A stretch of DNA of 64,000 bases from Proteromonas lacertae (Eukaryota): positions 62,001 through 126,000 of the forward strand of contig NGBS01000008.1 of the NCBI GenBank assembly GCA_002245135.1. The letters run 5' to 3'. A program made the position numbers and the translations under genes. The notes under the pieces were generated by a model. That model did not search any database. It was given only the letters and a program-made list of their open reading frames with translations, and was not told where the DNA came from. Position 1 is the first letter of the stretch; every line of letters starts with the position of its first letter. This document shows, in pieces, positions 28,221 through 39,546 of this stretch.

Positions 28221-31200
28221 TTAAGGAGTATCTAATTCATTATCTTTGCCTAACTCATCCATCAGCTTATAAGCATCCTTAGGAGGCATCAACCCAAATG
28301 TACTGTCTTTAGCAGTAGGAGGAACAACTTTAAACTCTTCATCAATAATCGCCAACTTAGTAGTTGGTAATTTGCTATATGGTTGAACAATACTCTCTAA
28401 CACAGGATCTGGACTTACAGTATAAGGACCCGGTAGACAATTCTCTAATAACCATCTCGCTGTTTGAACTCTTTCATATAATATCAACAAACTTTCAAAT
28501 TGGCTTAGTAAATCACAGAAATCTGGTCTTGATGTAATTCCATACCTTTCAAAGAATTCTTCAATTTCGTTGATTCTTCTGGCTATAGGATCTTGTAGAT
28601 TGTAAGAACGATAATCTGGTTGATAGTTCATTGATAAATCACCTGCTACTTTCTTTTTAATAGCGAATATCTATTCAAAATAAAAAACAATGAAAAATGA
28701 CAATATTTATACTTTTTCAATACACAATTCATTCTTTCGATATGGTTCAAATAATATATCAGATAATTCATCTTTCATTTCTTTAAAATTACCAATACCA
28801 AGTCTACCTTCTTGATCTAAATGGAATTTCCTTAAAATAAACTCAGTTTTAGTGGAAAAATCCATCATCTGTACATTCGAATAATGCTCAGCATTTTCAT
28901 TGACAATACTTGCTAAGATATCAGCTTCATCTTTCTTCATCATATCTCTAATGATTTCAGTTTGACTGCTCATATTGTGGACTCTGAACTTACCGGAGGC
29001 ACCCTTCATAATCTGATCTACAGGTAATTCAAAACTCTAAAAAAAATAATAAATAATAAAAAAACCTATTATATACTCTTTCTAAACCTTTTGTTACATT
29101 CATTGATTCACTTGATAATGACTTTGCAGCTGCAGTAATTTGATCAACTTTCGCTTCATTATCTCCTTTTAATTTATCTTTAAATATTACAGCTAATGGA
29201 TTGTAGGATGTTGATAAAAAGACTAATCCACGTATTAAACTATCCCATCTTTCCTTTAACTCTTGTTTTAATGCTCTTTTCTTTGGTTCAGTATTACCAA
29301 GCTATTCATAATAACAATAATAAATAATAAATATTACATACATTTACAATTTTGGCAATTGTTAAAGCAGAAATAGTAGAAAATAGACCAATTCCAACTA
29401 ATAGTAATAATATTGTAATAATTCTAGCTAAAATATTAGTAGGTGCAAGATCACCATATCCAACTGTAGAAACAGTGACAAAACAAAACCATAACACAGT
29501 GAATAGATTACTAAAATCAGATGTTTCATTTTGTTCTAATATTTTAATATAAATTGAACAGATTAAGATGAATAATAACATCAAACTACCAACGAAAATT
29601 GCAGGATTTTTAACCATAAGTGATAATATATATTGATTTTGAATAAATCGTTTATATAAACGATATACTCTGAATATGGAATAAACCCATGCTGGAATTG
29701 GAATTATACCACTTGTACCAGGAAATTCGGTTAATAATGATAATATTTCATACCAGTTCAATAATAAATATTTCCATAAATGAGGATGTTCCTTCACATC
29801 ACGACTATAACATCTATTTTATAATAAATTAAATTAATAAATGATTTATATACTTATTACAGAGGTTTAATAAGAATAAAGTACTAATATACAAATCAAT
29901 CCATTGAATTATCTTTCTATCTCTTATATTTAATCCATGAAACTGGAAATATTCATAAACGCACAATAAAATTGATAGAATTGAAAGAACTACCATAATA
30001 ACATCATATTTTTCAGCAAACTATATAATATTATTTATTACAATATACATCATCTATTTTTTGTATCATATAATCAACTCTATGAATTCTTTCATTCTCT
30101 TTTCCATCTTTTCCATCACCCATATCTTTAGGAGTTGTTGGTGCAGGTCCTTGATCACCATTATCGATATTCTCTTCATCTGCTAAAGCAATTGATTTAA
30201 TTGTCAACTATAAAACAATATAATGACTGTATATATACTTTATGATAAATATATTTAATAATAATCAAATATCCAAACATCAATACAACAGCACCTGCAT
30301 ATACAATATACAAAATCAACGTATCATCAATACAACCATTCTTTGTACAAGAAGAATCTTTAAAATTTATTAAGTCTTGATTATCACCAATACCATCATT
30401 ATCACTATCCCATATCTCATCAGTTTCAACTGGAAACATATCATTTGCATCATACAATAAATCATTATCTTTATTCATATCTAACATACATAAGTCATTA
30501 TGATTATCAACTGAACTTGGAACATAAACTAATAAAGCATCATCTAAGGTTGTATAGGATAAATATTCAGTTTTTGAAAATGTTACTATTTAATAATAAT
30601 AATAATAATAATAATCATTATATATTCTAATACAATTACAAATCATTTCAAAATATGGTTTGCTTTCATCTCCTGATAGTTTAATCACATAAGTTGTTGC
30701 AAATTCATTATCATATTTCTGGTGATAAACTATAGCATCTGGTCCATTATGCGTCTCTTGGAATTTCAAAGGAGTTTCACTTAAAGTAGCATTTAAAGTA
30801 ATGAATTTAGTATGTAGTATCTCACTATATCTGATTATATATTGATTGTTTGAATTCTTTAATATTATGAAGACATAATTAGATGATAGTGCAAAATCAA
30901 CTAACTATTTTTAAATAAATATATTATTTGTATTATACAATATTAAAATCACCATCATTATATAACTCTTTTGTTATAAAAATATAAGATCTCAATGGAA
31001 ATCTCAATAGACTAATATAAACATTATCACTAGCAGTAGTTTTTTCCATATTAGCTGATCCTGTATGTGTATTTAACTTTATATCACTTTTTGTTGATAG
31101 ATAACCTAATGTACAAGTCCATTGATATGTTTCTTCATCACCACTTTCTATAATATGACTTGCAGTCTAAAAATATAATAATATTATAGTTATATATACT

Positions 31201-32017
31201 TGTGGATAAAAGTTTTTAAACATGTTGTTTTTCGGTGATATTAATTCATTATATTCATTATTTATATTATACATATGAATAGAAGTTGTATTTTTAGTTG
31301 TATCAAATCTTTCATAAAATATTCTTTCATCACATATTTGTGGTCTTCCATATGATATGTAATCTAAACCTTCATCATAGAATGGTACTCTAAATCGTTC
31401 AGTCATATTAAATACATATATCTACACAAATTAAAACAATTAAAAGAATACATCAAACACATTTGTGTCTTTAATAGGAGCAACCCATGCTGTTAGCTTA
31501 GATGCATAATCTGAAGTTACATATATTGGATAATGAGTATTGTATGATAAAAGTGAAACTTCTTCTGGATATTCTTCCTTGTAAAGAGTCTCAACAGTAC
31601 ATTCGGTTGATATACTTCCCCAAATATTTATCTTTGAACAATATCCAAAGAAATAAAATTCTTTTTCTGAGAACCTTGAGCCTAGTCGTGAATGTAAACC
31701 TTCATATTGATGAGATATTACAGAAGGACCATATAATGGATCACTGTCATAAATACTTACAATATCCTATATTAAATAAGAACAACATGTAATACATCAC
31801 CAACTATGCTTGATGAACTCTGTATTGTAAAAGGCTCCCAAGTTATATCAGAGATACTTCCTGTTATTTCATTTACTACTCTTGGAGCTAGTTTACCTCT
31901 CACATCTCGATGATAAAGTTGCCCTACGTCATTGTCATTCAATGGGTTACAAGTAGGTAATATTGATTGAAAAGAGTAATTTAATAATATAAATGTTATC
32001 AGTAAGTGATATTTCAT
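28221..32017 (-). CDS. K+ channel (6-TM, TVGYGD filter) fused to an N-terminal signal peptide, ~500-aa ectodomain and extra TM; 12 exons, ~1133 aa
   Basis: Eleven GT-AG introns (31767-31795, 31422-31451, 31167-31199, 30905-30938, 30586-30633, 30208-30238, 30021-30048, 29814-29853, 29302-29341, 29037-29076, 28671-28712) give one uninterrupted 3402-nt frame. S4-like FRVYRLYKRF; pore LWFCFVTVSTVGYGDLAP. Confidence 0.8.
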
Positions 32018-32610
32018 ATGTAACGAATATTCAGTCAAATCAAGTATCAAACTTTTTTCATTTTGAATATTTTGCATGAAGGATTTCTCAATAAATACTA
32101 AGGATAATGCACTTTCGATGAGGGAGATATGAATTAAAATAGACTTAGTTAATTGGCAATTGTGAATATGGAAACAAAAGTAAAAGAACAGAATAATCAG
32201 ATGATAATTTGTTTGGAAAAGGTATATATACACATTCGTATCTTGTTACATCTTTATGTTGTAATGTCTAATTGCAATGAGGTACAAATTACATGAGTTT
32301 ACATTTTTATTGTAAATTACACCGGTTAAATACCTCATATCTACTATATCTCCCTCCTTTTATATGTACCTAGTTATATATAAATCTCATTTTAAGATAT
32401 ATACATTTATTTTATAGATTTTATTGAAAGATGTGAATAACGAAAAGAAACTAGTTGTTATTGTGATGTGTAATAGTTGCTAAATATTAATAAAATGTTA
32501 TTTATTCATAAAAATATATATTTGGGTTGATTTAATGAAAAATATAATTAAAAAGTTTGAACGAAGCAAGCCTAGTTTAAAATTCTTTCACATCTAGCAA
32601 TAATCTGGTG

Positions 32611-34305
32611 ATGGCTTATATCTCATTAGAAACAGATTGGGTCATATTCATAGTTGGATTGATTTGCGCAATATTCTTTTGTAGATTGTTTTTATCTTGG
32701 TGGTTGTTGAGAGATTTTATTATTCCGCATGCTTGGATTGAAGTATAATACTAATAAATATTGTTAATTATATTTGATAGTATACATTTGTGGGAGTATT
32801 TGTGTTGGGATTGGTTTTGTTTTTATTAATATGTTTTGAAATAGTTGACATACTTTCATCATATTGTAGAATGTTGTTATGGAGAATAGATTTTATAATT
32901 ATGACAATTTTATTAGTAATAGTTATTCCTATGTATTTCCACATTTATATAAATATAATATCAATAGTGCAACATTGTATTATATAAGTTTAGATGTATC
33001 AATACCAAAAGATAAAGTGAAATATGTAATAATGACATTCTATTCATTATTCCTTTATTTCTTCTATAAAATTGGTGATGGAACTCAAATATCAATAACT
33101 CCCATACCAACAGCAAGTTTACAAAGTATAAATGACACATTATTAACAGCTACAACTCAATCATCTTTAGCAACCAAATTGTTTTCTTTTTCATTAGATC
33201 CTATAATCAGTAGAATTGGAGTGATTGGTGTTACTGTGATGGGAATTATTGCTGGATTTGGAGCTATTAGAGGTCCTTATATATCATTTTATTATAATAA
33301 TATTATTTATTGAAAAAGAGTTTTATTTTTTCTTTAATTTTGAGTTTGTAAAGAAATATTACTTTGTTTTTAAGATATTCTGATCCACATGAAATAGAAA
33401 AGTTAGAAAAACAGTTTTTACAGGTAATTGAAGTAATACTCGCAAGGAAGAAAAGATTATTAATTGAGACAACTCAGTATAATAAATTGAAACAAATGGA
33501 TAAAATAAATAATGAAAGTAATGGAATTAAAAACTTTGTATAAATATAGTATAATTGAGATTTGTTATAGTTATCAAGATTTATGAAGAAAACATCAGAT
33601 ATTGATTATATCACAGCAAATATTAGACATTTAAAAAGTGAAATTAAATCATTGAATTATTTATCAAATAGTTTAATGAATGAAATCACTGAATTGCGAG
33701 AGAATCAACTGCAAATATACCAATCAAAAACAATAAAAGGTAAATTCTTCAATATTATTGGATATATATTTTCCATATATTGTATTTATCGAATATTTAT
33801 GAGTTCTATTAATTTAATATTTAAAAGAAATCCAAAGAAAGATCCTATCACTAGATTATTTGATATTATCACAATATTTTTCAATTTACCAGTATATATT
33901 CATAATTCTATATGTTTTATTCAATAGATTGATACTGAATTTTGGTCTCAACAATTATCTTTTCTCTTCTTAGCTATTCTTGTCTTTACATCAACACGTA
34001 ACTTCCTCATTAATGCAGCTGACGTTTTTAGAGTGATTTCTAGTGCAAATACATCTTGTACTGTTATTTTAGTTATTTCAGAGATAATGGGATATTATTT
34101 TATATCAAACTGTTTATTAATGAGAATGAATTTACCAATGAAATATAGAGTTGTAGTTTCTGCTGCTTTAGGGAATATTCATTTTAATTTTTATCACCGA
34201 TGGTTTGATTTTATATTTCTTATTAGTGCTTTATCAACAATAGCATTGTTTATTATAAGAAGAGAAATATCATCTCGAGATTTCTTGAAAGATACATTAA
34301 TTTAA
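32611..34305 (+). CDS. GPR89: GPR89/GPHR (Golgi pH regulator, GTG-type) membrane protein
   Basis: ISRIGVIGVTVMGIIAGFGA, GYIFSIYCIYRIF, DPITR, EIMGYYFISNCLLMRMNLP and FYHRWFDFIFLISA match the family. Confidence 0.92.
33281..33351 (+). other. Putative U12-type (minor) intron with AT-AA termini in GPR89
   Basis: 5' ATATCATTT, branch motif TTCTTTAAT (33330-33338), end ...GTAA. Removal restores GPY-RNITLFLR; no suitable GT donor is present. Confidence 0.7.
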
Positions 34306-34445
34306 AAGTTGTTGTTAGAAAAATAGAGTATAATAGTAGATATTTATGTGTTTAGTTAATTTAATTTGTGTTTTAATTGTGTTGATTTGAAATTTCAAAT
34401 AATTAAGAAAATGAATATTAATATACAACTAATTATAGTATTAAA

Positions 34446-35672
34446 TTAATATGAATAATTGTCAAATACTACATGCTTATTTACCAACGTATTTATTAAC
34501 TCTCCAAACTTTAATCTTCTATCTTGTGGTTCAATCCATGAACCAGTCAAATACTGATGTAAAATACACGGTAATTTGCCATCTAAATTCTCAATTAAAT
34601 TATTTTTGTTAGGATAAGATTCATTTGGAAATGCTTCTAAATCTTGAGCAAAATTCCTAACCATCCCTCTTTCATTCCTACTATAATATACAGAATATGA
34701 TAATAACTCAAAAGGAGTATGAAGATAATAAAATACATTTAAAACTCCTTGTTCAGTTGACAGTTTCATAACATCATATTTAATTCCATTCATAAACATT
34801 ATAAATTCACTAAAAAAATAATATATCTCAGGAAAACTACCAAATATATTACCAGAGTTAATATTCGGATTGAGCGATAATGATTTTGGTGGATTTAATA
34901 CATTTATCCATTTGTATGAATATTCATTGTGAGATATATTAAATCTTCGAGTTTCTTCAAATAAATAAACTGATTTTTGTTGATAATTCCAATGAAATGG
35001 GTTTATTTGAAATAATACATCTTTAAGATCACAGAAATGTACATAAGTGAACATATAACCATAATATTTTAATAATAAATTCACTAAATATATTCGAATA
35101 ATATTCCAGAAATATTTATGACTTCGTGGCAATTGTGGAATCATTTCAATTATATCTGTTTCATTGATATAATATTTTGAGTCGTTATATGGGTAATAAG
35201 GGTGTTTTCTTCTTAATCTGATTATTGTAGCGTTGTATTGATTATTTTCAACACTTTCATAGGTTATATCAACAAAAACAACAATTTTACCATTGTATCC
35301 TGTATTTCGCAATGATGATAGTGTATTATGTAAATAACCACTAGATGTATGAGCCAGTAAACCAATCACTAGACAATTTGAATCTGGTTTATCAGATTCA
35401 ATTTTGTATAACAACTTGTTATTTCCAGAAACAAATGAATAAGTATCTGTTTCGTTGAAAGATTGATAATATGGGTAATAACCATATTTCTTTTTTGTAC
35501 TTTCTTTGAAATATTGAACAGGATCAGATCCAGAAGGTATATTAAATTTAGGCAACTGTGGTAAAACTCTTGATACTGTAAAATCAGCATTGTATTCTAT
35601 AATCAAATATTTTGATGAAACAAAAACCCAGATTATCGTTATAACAGCTAGTACAATAAGATATTGAATCAT
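34446..35672 (-). CDS. Intronless type II membrane glycosyltransferase-like protein
   Basis: N-terminal TM; CDLKDVLFQINPF (DxxD-FQ-P), INSGNIFG, EQGVLN and ILHQY resemble GT-A-fold motifs. Confidence 0.6.
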   Translation of the reverse strand: MIQYLIVLAVITIIWVFVSSKYLIIEYNADFTVSRVLPQLPKFNIPSGSDPVQYFKESTKKKYGYYPYYQSFNETDTYSFVSGNNKLLYKIESDKPDSNCLVIGLLAHTSSGYLHNTLSSLRNTGYNGKIVVFVDITYESVENNQYNATIIRLRRKHPYYPYNDSKYYINETDIIEMIPQLPRSHKYFWNIIRIYLVNLLLKYYGYMFTYVHFCDLKDVLFQINPFHWNYQQKSVYLFEETRRFNISHNEYSYKWINVLNPPKSLSLNPNINSGNIFGSFPEIYYFFSEFIMFMNGIKYDVMKLSTEQGVLNVFYYLHTPFELLSYSVYYSRNERGMVRNFAQDLEAFPNESYPNKNNLIENLDGKLPCILHQYLTGSWIEPQDRRLKFGELINTLVNKHVVFDNYSY

Positions 35673-36158
35673 TAATCATATATGTTTAATTAATCTGATA
35701 TTTATTCATCATCCATTTCAAATAAATTCAAAATAGATTTACAATTTCAAACTAGTTTGAATTTTAAAGAAATGAATTCTATTCAAGGAAAAGCTTTATG
35801 CTGTTAATTATTGTTGTTTCATATTAATCATATTTAGATGTTAACAGATTAACTAGTTATTTTGACATATTGAAGTAATATTCTTTTCAATGTTATTATT
35901 TGTGTAATTAACACTTATAATATCACATTGTAAATTGCTATAATATATGATGGTTGTAGAATGATTATTTTTCTGTTAATTAAATATGTTTGTGTTTATA
36001 TATGTGAAACAATCATATTATTCTTATATAATACATTAATGAAAGATGATTTTAAAATAAGTAGTATTAAATCCTACAAATTCAAAAATAATTAAAAGAA
36101 ATATACACTTTCACAAAACATTATCATTTCGCCTAGCTACACAACTAAAATGTAAATA

Positions 36159-36568
36159 ATGAGGAGTTCAAAGTTTAATTTATATTTACTCAATATACTG
36201 CACACGCATCCAGATGTAATCTGGGTATTTAAAGTAAAATCTATATTCATTTTATTAGATAGGATTATTATTTAATTATTCCGGATGTTAATAAATTCCT
36301 TAGCCTATACCAACGTTTGTATGATAGTAAAATAAAGAGAAAATCATTACTCAGACAATTAAGTCTGTACCATTTTAAAGCTTATTATAAGACCAATTTG
36401 CCTTATGACTGTTTAAAGAAATATGATAAAGTTTATTCTGTTGAGTTTAATAAACATAATTACACAATATTAGAAGCATTAACAAATCCTCATAGAAAAC
36501 AGGTGAGAAAAACAATAGAAACTAATAAATATTATCGTTTTGAAGATAGTTTGTATTGGTTAGTTTAG
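36159..36568 (+). CDS. Small divergent HSF-type DNA-binding-domain protein (one intron, ~36225-36262)
   Basis: Spliced product ...LLNILHTHPDVIW-DYYLIIPDVNKF...SLLRQLSLYHF resembles the HSF DBD pattern (I.W...F.I.D...F...SFVRQLNxYGF). Confidence 0.55.
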
Positions 36569-36704
36569 TAGATTATACAAATATTAAAAATTGGTAAATG
36601 ACTTGTTATAAACCTAATATAATATAATATATAAATGTTCATGTGTTTATGATAATAATGTTTTTATTTTTATTATATATTACATTAAAAAACAAATAAT
36701 TAAA

Positions 36705-38729
36705 TCAACTCTTTACAGATTTCATATATTTATATTCATAATTCTCTATAATCTCCTTTTGTCCTTCAGCATTATCATTACAATCTTAGCATCAAAGTAA
36801 GGATGACTTAATAACTGAATCAGAGAAGGTTGTCTATGACTAATTGTTAATTCACCTTCTCCACTTATACTCTTAGGATTCTTACAACATTTCAATATTG
36901 CTGATAATACAGGAGTCATTTCTGGAAACATAATGTTAATAGTAATCTCTAAAGTTGGCTTGGGAGGTAATAAATCCCAAGTTCTAACATAATATAAAAA
37001 TATATGACATTTTCCCACTTTATTTGTTTTGAATTGAATTATACTGAATTTACCTATATTGTGGTCTTGTTCTATCAATATTGCAACCATCTCTTTCTAT
37101 TAACTTATCAGGTGAAGATTTATCAATAATAATTTCAGGTTCTATCCATTTATATTCCTTTGATTTTGGCATTGGCAGTCTTAAAGCAAACACATCACCA
37201 CAATATATTGATAGAATATATGGAGGATTAACATTCTTCACATCATCAACATATACAGGAAGTGTATAAGTATTAAAATGTTCATCAATATAAGAAGAAT
37301 CTAAATTTTCGCTATTATCAATTACATTTAATAAATTCTTTACAATATTACCAAATGATTCAACTAAAATTGATTCTCTTTCTTCTAAGAATTGTGATGT
37401 ATTTACATCAATTGGATGTACTTCTCTATCCCATTCAATTTGTCCTAATAACACTGAAATACCTTCATCACTTATTAATATATTATCACAGGTTAGTGGG
37501 TAGGAAAATGAATGTGTTGACATTTGGAGTAATTCTTGGAATGCTAATAAAATCTATTTAAAAAATAAATTTTAAAAAAAATATACTTTTCTACACCAAT
37601 ATCTAAAAACAACATCATTTTCACTACATTTATTAAATTTCAATAAATAGGATAGTGGATATGCTTTAATAGCTTGATAATAATAAATCATATAATCTTC
37701 CATTTGTAATACATTAGAACCATAATACTTAGGAAAATAATTAGATAATATCATTTGTTTATGCGCTGATATTATATTGGACAATTTATTAATACAATTA
37801 TATGGTTGTCCATATTTAGGAACAGCAACTATTTCTATAGGTTGGTTATTTTGTTTATATAAAGCGATTGTACTATATATTCCATATTCATGATTCAAAC
37901 AATGACCAAATCGATCAACTGATGTGAAATTTTCACTTATTGCTTTTTGAATGGCAAATATTAGATTTACATCATTTATTCTTAAATTTATGAATTTCTT
38001 TTCTATATCATTTGTATTATCACGTTGATAATCCCATGGTGATACATTTTCTCCTATTTTCATTCTATTTTATAAGTAAAATATATATACGATGTTAATT
38101 CAAAAGGAATTTGTTTCCAAAATAATTCTCTCATATCTTGTAGTAATAAATAATCTTTCTGTTCTTGTATATAATGTTCTATATTGTTCATTACTTCATC
38201 ATTCTTCTCTCCAATTGATACTAAAATAGATAATAGGTTTCTTAATTCAACTCCTTTTAAATTGTCAATATCCCAATCTTCTGCCATTATTCCTAAACGT
38301 GTTATTTCTCTATTTAATATATTAATATCATCATCAACTATATCATCTTCTTGAGCTTTATAAAACGGTATTACGTGATCTATCAGTTCATCAAATGTTA
38401 TTGAAATATTTTTAGGATCATCTATTTTTATTAACATCTATTACTATACTCTTTGCAATTTTAGCTTTCAATTTCCAAAAAGAATCTAAATTCTGTAAAT
38501 CAGAGTCATCAACAAGGCATGCATTTTTCAAACCGTTTATAAAATCAACCCTAAATTCATAATAATGTTATTACATATACCATTGTCCTGGATCAGTTAT
38601 TTTGTTTTGATTATCAGAACAGGAAGAAAATATTTTGTAAACAAAATCTTCATTAATGTCTAATGCTCTTAAACCATTATTCTCTTCCTTTTCTTCAACA
38701 TGTTCTGAAAAAGTGACTTTATCAGTCAT
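36705..38729 (-). CDS. Multi-exon protein with possible EF-hand-like N-terminus, kinase-like (pseudokinase) region and chagasin/I42-like insertion
   Basis: VFRYWCRK, YPLTCDNILIS and RQPSLIQLLSHPYF are kinase-like but lack catalytic motifs. GDVFALRLP..EYKW...FKTNKVGKCHIFLYYVRTWD resembles the inhibitor I42 fold. The 3' end assumes a 26-nt intron. Confidence 0.5.
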
Positions 38730-39333
38730 TTTCAAAAATATGTTCGTTTCAGAATTTGAAAATTCTTTTCTTTATATATAGTGGTTTAAATTTTATTTTA
38801 AAATGTGCATATATAAAGTTATAATTTTGAATACTTATTATGAATTTTTCTTAAATTTGAAAATTCACATACTTGCATTATTTTATGTGTTAAAACATTA
38901 TAAAGTTAAATAATTATAATATATTTTATTAAATTACATTATAATTCAACAGAATTATTTGAAATTAATGAATGGTTAAAAATTAATTCATTTTTATTAT
39001 TCATATTGTGTAAACAATGATGTACAATAATTAATAAAATATCTTATTCACTATTTATAACGTATCTCACACAGTACAACATGTAACTGACAAAGAAAAA
39101 CGAATAATTTTTGTTTTTTATTTTTTATTTAATACACATGGATTTTTTCTCGCTTACTGTTAGTTTAGACTATCATGGAATAAATGCACAAAAAGAGTTT
39201 AGTTATAGAACAACCAGTAATACAAAGATTAACAATTCTAAGAAAGATAAGAGTATATATTTTTATATATTATATGATTAGCTAGTAGTAAATATAGTAT
39301 ATCTAGTGATGGTAGTGTGGAGAAGAAATCGTC

Positions 39334-39409
39334 TTTTATGGAACATTTTTGTTTGGTAAGGAAGAGGCAATGCCAAATCTTTCCCGCATAAACAAAAGTG
39401 TTTGTAAAG
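39334..39409 (+). ncRNA. Candidate structured ncRNA (long hairpin) in an intergenic region
   Basis: TTTTATGGAACATTTTTGTTTG pairs with TAAACAAAAGTGTTTGTAAAG (~21 bp including G-U). Inner stems GGAAGA/TCTTTCC and GGCA/TGCC; followed by a T-run. Confidence 0.35.
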
Positions 39410-39546
39410 TAATTTTTCCCATATATATATGTAATTACCTGTAGATTATTTAATCAGATTAATTAAATAATATAATTATTATTAGTGTTGTTTTTCCATT
39501 CCATTGCAAAAAAAAAATCATAAATATTTTAAATATTACACTTCAC

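Noticed and set aside
32018..32233. Upstream extension of ORF 31772-32233
   Set aside because: Starts at a non-ATG codon. ATG 32017 gives a clean signal peptide.
39334..39409. SECIS element or known snRNA identity for the hairpin
   Set aside because: No AUGA/GA quartet, no neighbouring in-frame UGA gene, and no U1/U2/U5/U6 or SRP signature.
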